From NCBI RefSeq assembly GCF_009914755.1, contig NC_060925.1: a stretch of 64,000 bases of DNA. One strand, given 5' to 3'. A program made the position numbers and the translations under genes. The notes beneath the pieces are model-generated. The model saw only the letters and a list, made by a program, of their open reading frames with translations. It did no database searches and was not told the origin of the DNA. Origin of the DNA: the human T2T-CHM13v2.0 reference genome, Homo sapiens. Shown piece after piece: positions 56,411 through 64,000 of this stretch. Numbering within the stretch: the stretch's first letter is position 1; each line of letters starts with the position of its first letter.

Positions 56411-58959
56411 CAGTCTGCCACTCTTGAAGATCGTACTGGAATTTCTAGAGCTGATACCATCCCACATTGCTGGGAGGGATTCAAGGCAGATATATGTGGT
56501 CCCCTCGCCTCTCCAACTTGAGAGAATTCCTTCATGGAAAAAGAGAAATTATGTCTTTATTCTACTTTTCTTAACTTATTTTTACAATGAACATCATTGC
56601 TTCTTAATGGACTGTGGGAACACCTGAAAATCATAGCAAAATCAGCCTGACCCTTCACCTTCTGGCAAAAGCGACCTAGCAGAAACTCTAGGCACCCTCC
56701 CTCAGCTTTGCCTAATATCGGGTGTAGCGGGAAGCCCAGAGGAGAAGGGCCTGGCACTGGCCCTGGCTTCTCAGAGACCTCTGTACCTCTGGGACTACGA
56801 CAGCCACAGGAATCAAACATCCACACAGAACATTTGCGGTGGGGCTGCATGGCCCAAGGCTTCCATTTCAGCCCTGAGTCCCTGGGCCTAGGCTCCCTCT
56901 GGAATTCTATTGTTCAGAAAGAGGGAAAAGCCTTCACTGATACAGAGCTTATTAACCAAGCTATTAACGCCCTGGGCTGGCTGGGTTTCTTCTTCTGTTT
57001 TCATGGTGCTCCCTGCAGAGGCGGCTGGGAAACAAACCTTTCCCTAGGAGGGCTAGATCCATAACAGCTGCCTGGAGACCTGTCAGGACACTAATGTGGG
57101 GGTGGCTGGTGTGCTGCACTTGCTCCCCTCTGAATGAAAAATTGACCAACTTATACTATGGTTACCAGCATTCAAGGTACCCTCCCTTATTTTCACTGAG
57201 GTGGCTGGTTGGCTGGTATGATAATTACTTCTGTATTAAAATGGCAGCCCCCATAAGGCTGGGTCGAGGAAGTCATGGACCATGTTTACTCACCATGTAT
57301 TAAGCACCTGCTGTGACTGGCCCTGGGCTAGGCACTGTGGGCACAGAACTAAGATGCACCCCTTTGCTGGAACAGAGAGATGACGTCAACAAGCATTGGT
57401 CAGTGCAATGAGAGAGGTGAACTCAGAGAACTGGAGGAGCCCAGAGAGGGGACAGCTTCTGCGGCTCCAAGGGAGGTGTAGTAAAGAAGGATATGCATAG
57501 GTGGTCACAAGGGAACTGAGATGGGGAAGATGAGGCTGGATGAGGCAAGTGGAGAGGGGGAAAAGCGTGTGTGCTCTGGGCAGCCCAGGCCCCAGCAAAG
57601 AGTCCAGAGGTGCATTAGAAGAACTTTCCAGGCCAGCGTGTAAGACACAAGGGGGGAGGATAAGTCTGTAAACAAATGCCAGTCAGTGGATCTTGCCAAG
57701 GAACTGGGATGTGACTCTGTGAGTCGTCACTAGCTGTACCTGCACTTTACAGCATGAAATGTAGCTGCAAGTGGGAAGCAGGGGACTCGGATGATTTATC
57801 GGGGCAATAATGAATCATATCTTAAGAGTTTTCTGTGCACTTTCATGGGGCTCACGTTGATAGGCAAATTCTGTTCTGCAGTTTTAATTATGCAAACCCA
57901 GGAGGCAAGAATTATTCTTTTTCATTTTCAACATGGAGACCAAAGTCCGTGCACTGGACCCACACCAGCAACTTGTGCTGTGGCTCAGTGGTGCCCAGTG
58001 CCCACGGCACAGGGTGGTCAGGGGCTTGGCATCCTGCAACATGGACTACAAGATGTCACAAGTTCCCAGCATGCACTTCTGATATAGGAACACGCCAGTC
58101 ATAGTTTGGCTCTACCCCCACCCGTGCCCTAGACGTCTCTACTCCTGGAATTTTCTGCTGCCACCATGTCACTCCCCTCTGCTTTTACTGTCTTCATACC
58201 CAGCCTCTGGGCACAACAGAGCTGGGTTACAGACAGGCTGCCATTTCCCAAGTTGCGTTCTAGCTAGCTGGCCATGGAAGGGAAGATCCTGAGATTGGGT
58301 TTGGTTCCAGCTGTGACTGTGGGCACTTTCCCTCGCTGGGCCTGTTTCTCATTTACTAAAAGACAGTGTTGAGCTAGATGGCCTCTCAAGTTCTTCCAGA
58401 GGCTGCATCGATTGTGCTCACCACCGTATTCCCTGTGCCAGGCAGCAGGTGCTGGGTCTGAAACTGTAAAATGAAGGCATGCACACTCATCACGTGCCCG
58501 GCAGCATCTGCCCTGGGGTAGACATCAAGGAGGATAAAATGAGACCTCTGCCCTCAAGCATCTTGTGTTAGAAATCTATCAGGAAGTGGGTAATTAGAAT
58601 ATGGCATGGGCAAGTATAAAACACGATGAAGTAAAAAGTACAAAAGCAGCAGCAAGGGAGGGGCTGTTCTGTGGATTCTTTAATTCTGTTTCTTCTCAAG
58701 GGAGAAGTCTTAGCAAAAGAAGAAAGCTCAACATGATTGCCCACAGTTCTCAGTGCACACGTACTAGAACCTTGCCAAGGACACTGAATGGTCAGGTGTC
58801 TGCTGTCTTTTAATTCACGGATGTATTGTCTTGTTATTCTGTATGCAGAGAAAAAGGCAAATAATATGCATAGTCCCTTTCACAGCTGAGAGGACAAATT
58901 TGGACAAAATCATATGTAGTTTTTCTTTTTTAAAAATGCCAGTAAGAGTTGATTGGTAA

Positions 58960-59353
<394 letters not shown>

Positions 59354-61534
59354 TCAGGGCCTGCCTCTGTCTGGCAGTGACTCCCACCCAAGTGATGACT
59401 AACAAAGGGCGTGAGGGTCTTTCTCCCATTCGCTCCTGATTGTAGAAGAGGCCTCTTCCATATGCTGGACAAAGCTGCCGGAGGATGTTGATGGGGGTGG
59501 AAATACCCTCTAGCCCAGCAAACCTTTACCTTTGGAACACCTGTGTTTATGGCAGCTGGAGAGTTTTACTAGATGGTTGCAAGATGAAGTGTAAGAGAAT
59601 TGGTCTGTTTGGATTACTCCTAGGCAGGATTCCGTTGACACTGATGGAAGAATCAGGAGTGACTTTCCCAGTGAAAAGCCAGAGTGACCAAGAGAAAAAA
59701 AGAAACAGGTGCACTACCCTGCTAGCTGCCAGAAGCGTCATGGAAACTCCTGCCCAGATGGCAAGGGGCTGCGAAGCTAGAGAAGCCCACCCCTCAGGGG
59801 CTGCTTAGACCCTGGCAGGGATGTGTTCATCTTGTCCCGGGGCAGAGGGCGTGGTGAGACCCTCAGATGGCAGGAGACCCGTGGAGACCATCAAGGACCA
59901 AACAGATGTTACATGCAAAGCTAGGCACCTGTGTCACTGAGCAAAAGAACATCATTTCCCAGGGTTATTCCCAATTAACAGAGTGAAAGGGGCATCTGAG
60001 TGCCTGCAGGGTTTCCATCTTCTCTGTGGGAATCAGTCACGGGATAAGCTGGTTGGGGTTCCTAAGCCCTGCTCTAAGGCTGCAGAAATCTCCCTTTATG
60101 GCCAAAGCAACCTGCTGCGTCAACACCGTCACCTCCTACAATCAGGTAAATGGCTGCCCTCCATGAACAAATGAAGACGGGCTGCACATCTCATCCGGCA
60201 GACTCGCCACACTCCGCCGCGGCAGTGCTCATCATGAATCATGCATCTGCGGTCCTGCTGGCTTTTTTCCTTGTCTTTTATTTCTCAAGCGCTGGTAATA
60301 TACAAGGCCCTATAAAAACATGTACTTGGTGCAATCCCACATAACAGTGAACCTGAGATGGCCCATCTGATGTTTTTACATGGGAGCCCCAGATTTAGGG
60401 AGGCCACTAAGCTGAAGTAGATGTCAGGGAGAGAGAGGATTCACCACATTTATGTATTCACGCTGCAGACCGAGCTGGGCGTTCTCTGCGGCCAGTCTGA
60501 AATGGCACATAATGACAGTCCTCCTCCTTGTCACCAAAACAATCGGTGGTTCACATGACTGACTTGGGGTGACAGCAGAGGGAAGGGTTTTTTTTTCATG
60601 CTCTTCCCCCCATTTCCAGTTCTATTAAGTCAAAGAGGAAGATCACATTCTGCTTTGGGGCAGAGCCATTCACCAAGAAGGAATGCTGCTTCTAAAACAA
60701 ATCCAAAGCTCTTAGCAGGACAAGATGCTTTTATTCAGACCACTATTGTATGCCAGCCATAAAACCTCCTTAATAACTTTGCCTTAGATAGACCTCTAAT
60801 ATCCATAATTCATTCAAGAAGACTGACTCTGGAGACCTCACTGTGGTTTATCTTAGTTTTGTGTAATTACACTCCCCGCCCCTCCTCACCCAGGGTATGT
60901 GCTGTGATTTTCACAGATGTTGAGATACCTGGTTTTATTGTTCCTCACTCCTGATCCATTCTTATTCTTCCTAATTTTGCAGATTCATTTGCTGGATAAG
61001 ACCACTTGGAAAACAAATGCATGTTTTCATACCTAATGTTGAATTTACATTTTTATCTCAGGTGTATAGAGATAATTATGTGGCAATTAAAGGCAAATGT
61101 ATACTTTTTCAGTCATGACTAGGGATTACTCTGCTGACTAAACAAGCGCTGACTTAGATATTTAACTGAATGTTAAATTTTTTAAAGCTTTGGGGATTTT
61201 TGACTATTGATGGATGGCTCGGTACTTTTAAGTTTCAGGTGGGGAAAAAAAAATCTCCTGACTTTGCATCTTATATTTAGGTGTCCTGGTATTATGTGGT
61301 CGATTTCTTAACTACACTTGCAATGTATTGAAAGTGAACCCAGTAAGATACAAGCAGTATGTACACTATGATTCCACACATGTACACACATGCACACAAA
61401 CTCTACAAATATATTTATACATGTATATATACATATGTTCATTTTTCCAGACATCTTTCAGTGCATGCATGAAAGAATAACAGTATTAACAGAGATGAAC
61501 TCTAGGTTTATGGGATTTTGTTGTCTTCATCTTT

Positions 61535-61839
61535 TTTTGTTTGTTTGTTTTTGAGACAGAGTCTCATTCTGTTGCCCAGCCCGGAGTGCAGTGGCACAAT
61601 CTCGGTTCACTGAAAATTCCGCCTCCTGGGTTCAAGTGATTCTCCTGCCTCAGCCTCCCGAGTAGCTGGGATCACAGGTGCACACCACCACGCCCAGCTA
61701 CTTTTTATATTTTTAGTAGATACGGGGTTTTGCCATGTTGGCCAGGCTGGTCTCAAACTCCCGACCTCAAGTGATCTGCCCGCCTCAGCCTCCCAGAGTG
61801 CCGTGATTACAGACGTAATCCAAACAACCTCGCCTGGCC
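61535..61839 (-). mobile_element. AluS element
   Basis: Full dimer; TSD TGTCTTCATCTTT (61522-61534 / 61840-61852). Confidence 0.95.
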
Positions 61840-62447
61840 TGTCTTCATCTTTAAACATCATTGTTTCCTATCTTTAGGGAGAGCTCACCTGCTCTCCATC
61901 CAGCAAGCACCTGATCCAGGCCACCTGAGCAGGTAGCAGAGCTCATCACAGCTTATCTTATCTGCCAATTTCTTCCTTTTTTTTTTTTTTTACGATGAAT
62001 TCATTTATTTTATGTATTAAATTAGACAAAGAAATAAATATGCAACTGGATAAAAACAATCACATTCTTATACTACCTGAACACACAGTAGTGGTAAAAA
62101 AAAAAAATAAAATAATGAATTGTAAAATGGGCCCCAGGATTTAATGCAAACATCACCCTGTACAAGAAAAGTTTCAGGCTTCTAGCTTCACCGAATCTAG
62201 TACTAAATGTGCTTCTTTATATTCCTCAGTGTCTTCCAAGTCTTTTTCACTTTCTAACATCTGTTGAAGATCCAAATATGCAGCTTCCAACCTGCGCTGG
62301 CAATCTGGGATCATCATCTGGGATTCTTGTAGGATCTCTGCCTGCTTTTTAATGGCATAATTTTCACCATCTTCGGCTCTCATTTTTTCGATCTTTTCTT
62401 CTTGTTATTTTGCTTCTTTTCCATACGTCAGTTTTTCTTTGACCGAC

Positions 62448-62611
62448 CTGCAAACCTCTGATGGCTCTCTATTACCAAGCAATTCAACTTTTTCTTGTAA
62501 TATCATGACTTTTCCCTTGCTTCTTTGGAGCACTTCCAGCATCACTAGTGGCACTCCGTATGGGTCTCGTGGTGTTATTTAAGATTTACATTCAAGGTTT
62601 ACAAGATTGCA
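62448..62611 (-). mobile_element. Internal Tigger2-like (TcMar-Tigger) fragment, transposase 5' region, at the TBCA exon1/exon2 junction
   Basis: Minus strand GACCCATACGGAGTGCCACTAGTGATGCTGGAAGTGCTCCAAAGAAGCA..GAAAAGTCATGATATTACAAGAAAAAGTTGAATTGCTTG matches the recalled Tigger2 consensus (..ATSDAGSAPKKQRKVMTLQEKVELL); no TIR, no TA TSD. Confidence 0.8.
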
Positions 62612-62697
62612 CACTTCACCACACTAGTCTTGATCTTGGTTGGCCTCATGCAAGGGTTGGCCGTGGTCCCTTGAGCACTGCAAGAAGAAGGAGCAGA

Positions 62698-62990
<293 letters not shown>

Positions 62991-64000
62991 TCGAAGGACA
63001 GGCAGAGACACCAGTTTCTTATTCAGGTCCTCATAGCAATTTGACCAGTTCTGGTCTTCTCAGGGGTCGTTTTTAAAGGGAATGGAAATATGTCCCTGCT
63101 TCGACCCTAAGCAACTACCCTTGACTTTGACTTTGGTGTCCAAAAGCTCCATGTTGATTTGTTAAGTAGGGCTGATTATGTCTCGCCTTCTTCAGGGACA
63201 GTGGTCCTCAAGGTTGTTTTGGCTTTCGGACAACTTGGATAGGACAAAAGGACTGTCCGCCTCCTTATCACCTCCTTCGCATTTGCCGTTCTTAATAGAA
63301 CCCCTTCTGAGATAGGGAGGCAGTTGTTTCTCCCGGCAACAGGATGCTAAGGGAGGGGTAGCAGAATTAATTGTATCTTCCCACCAGGAGGAAGGAACCA
63401 CAGTGCTGTCATTCTAAATGTTGGTATTGCGTCTCTGGGTCTAGCCTGCGTGTTGAGAGCCATCACCTGGAAGAGGAGGATCCTAAGCTGAGAGAGGGAA
63501 ATTCTTAAATCAGCTCATGCTGGACTCGTCTTACGTTGTTTTACCCTGAATCTGGAAAGCATAGCAGAGTCATGGGGTGGGACTGCCTGAAACGGCGGTC
63601 TAACCACTGCTGGTATAGAAACTTAGATCTTGCCCATCACCTTACCCTTGACCTTCCCTCTTCTTCCATAAACCGTCTGTGGGATGAGTGTGTGTTGTGC
63701 GTGATTCAGCTTACACCAGACTTGTCACCTGTCATTCAACAGGGTCTGTAACTGTTGCTTTAGTTTCAGAGGCACCCGTTTTTCTTGGGTGTTTGGAGGC
63801 GAGTCTGGAAGTATGTTTCAGGGAAGGGACCAGATATGTATTTCAAGGTTCAGCATGTTAAGTTGTGCTTGCTCTCCAGGCGCTCAGCTCAGCCCCCATT
63901 AAAAAGGCTGAACTGGAGAATTGTAACAACATACAGAGGGGTCCTGAGAGCCTGCCCCACACTGCGACCATGATGGTCTGTTACTGGAGAAGGTTTAAAA

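Noticed and set aside
62174-62383. Intact 69-aa TBCA-like ORF as a functional retrogene
   Set aside because: Start codon mutated to ACG, upstream in-frame TAA, scattered substitutions and no evident promoter; treated as a pseudogene.
62448-62611. Insert as a retained intron or a post-retroposition transposon insertion
   Set aside because: It can be drawn as GT...AG only by borrowing the last G of exon 1, which would leave the TBCA frame 1 nt short. It also lacks TIRs and a TA TSD. A spliced-in cassette fits better.

Overview
Primate (very likely human) non-coding genomic DNA, repeat-rich, with no protein-coding gene supportable from sequence. Nearly all ORFs in the track are Alu-, L1-, LTR- or microsatellite-derived, or random. 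Content: about 23 Alu/Alu-monomer copies (J, S and Y types), nested L1 stacks, solo LTRs (MLT1, MST, MLT2A2, MER74, LTR47-like, LTR16-like), many MIR/L2 relics, an apparently high density of hAT-Charlie elements (7 MER20, several MER5, MER58A, MER102), and a ~600-bp (CCCA/CCAT)n tract. The only gene-derived sequence is a processed TBCA pseudogene on the minus strand (~61975-63008). Its most interesting property is a 164-nt fragment resembling the 5' part of the Tigger2 transposase gene, placed exactly at the TBCA exon1/exon2 junction with splice-like ends and no transposon termini. This looks like a retrocopy of an alternatively spliced TBCA mRNA with an exonised DNA-transposon cassette, which turns exon 1 into a uORF and supplies an in-frame ATG. 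Repeat family names and parent-gene comparisons rely on recalled consensus sequences, not on database searches; boundaries of old repeats are approximate.
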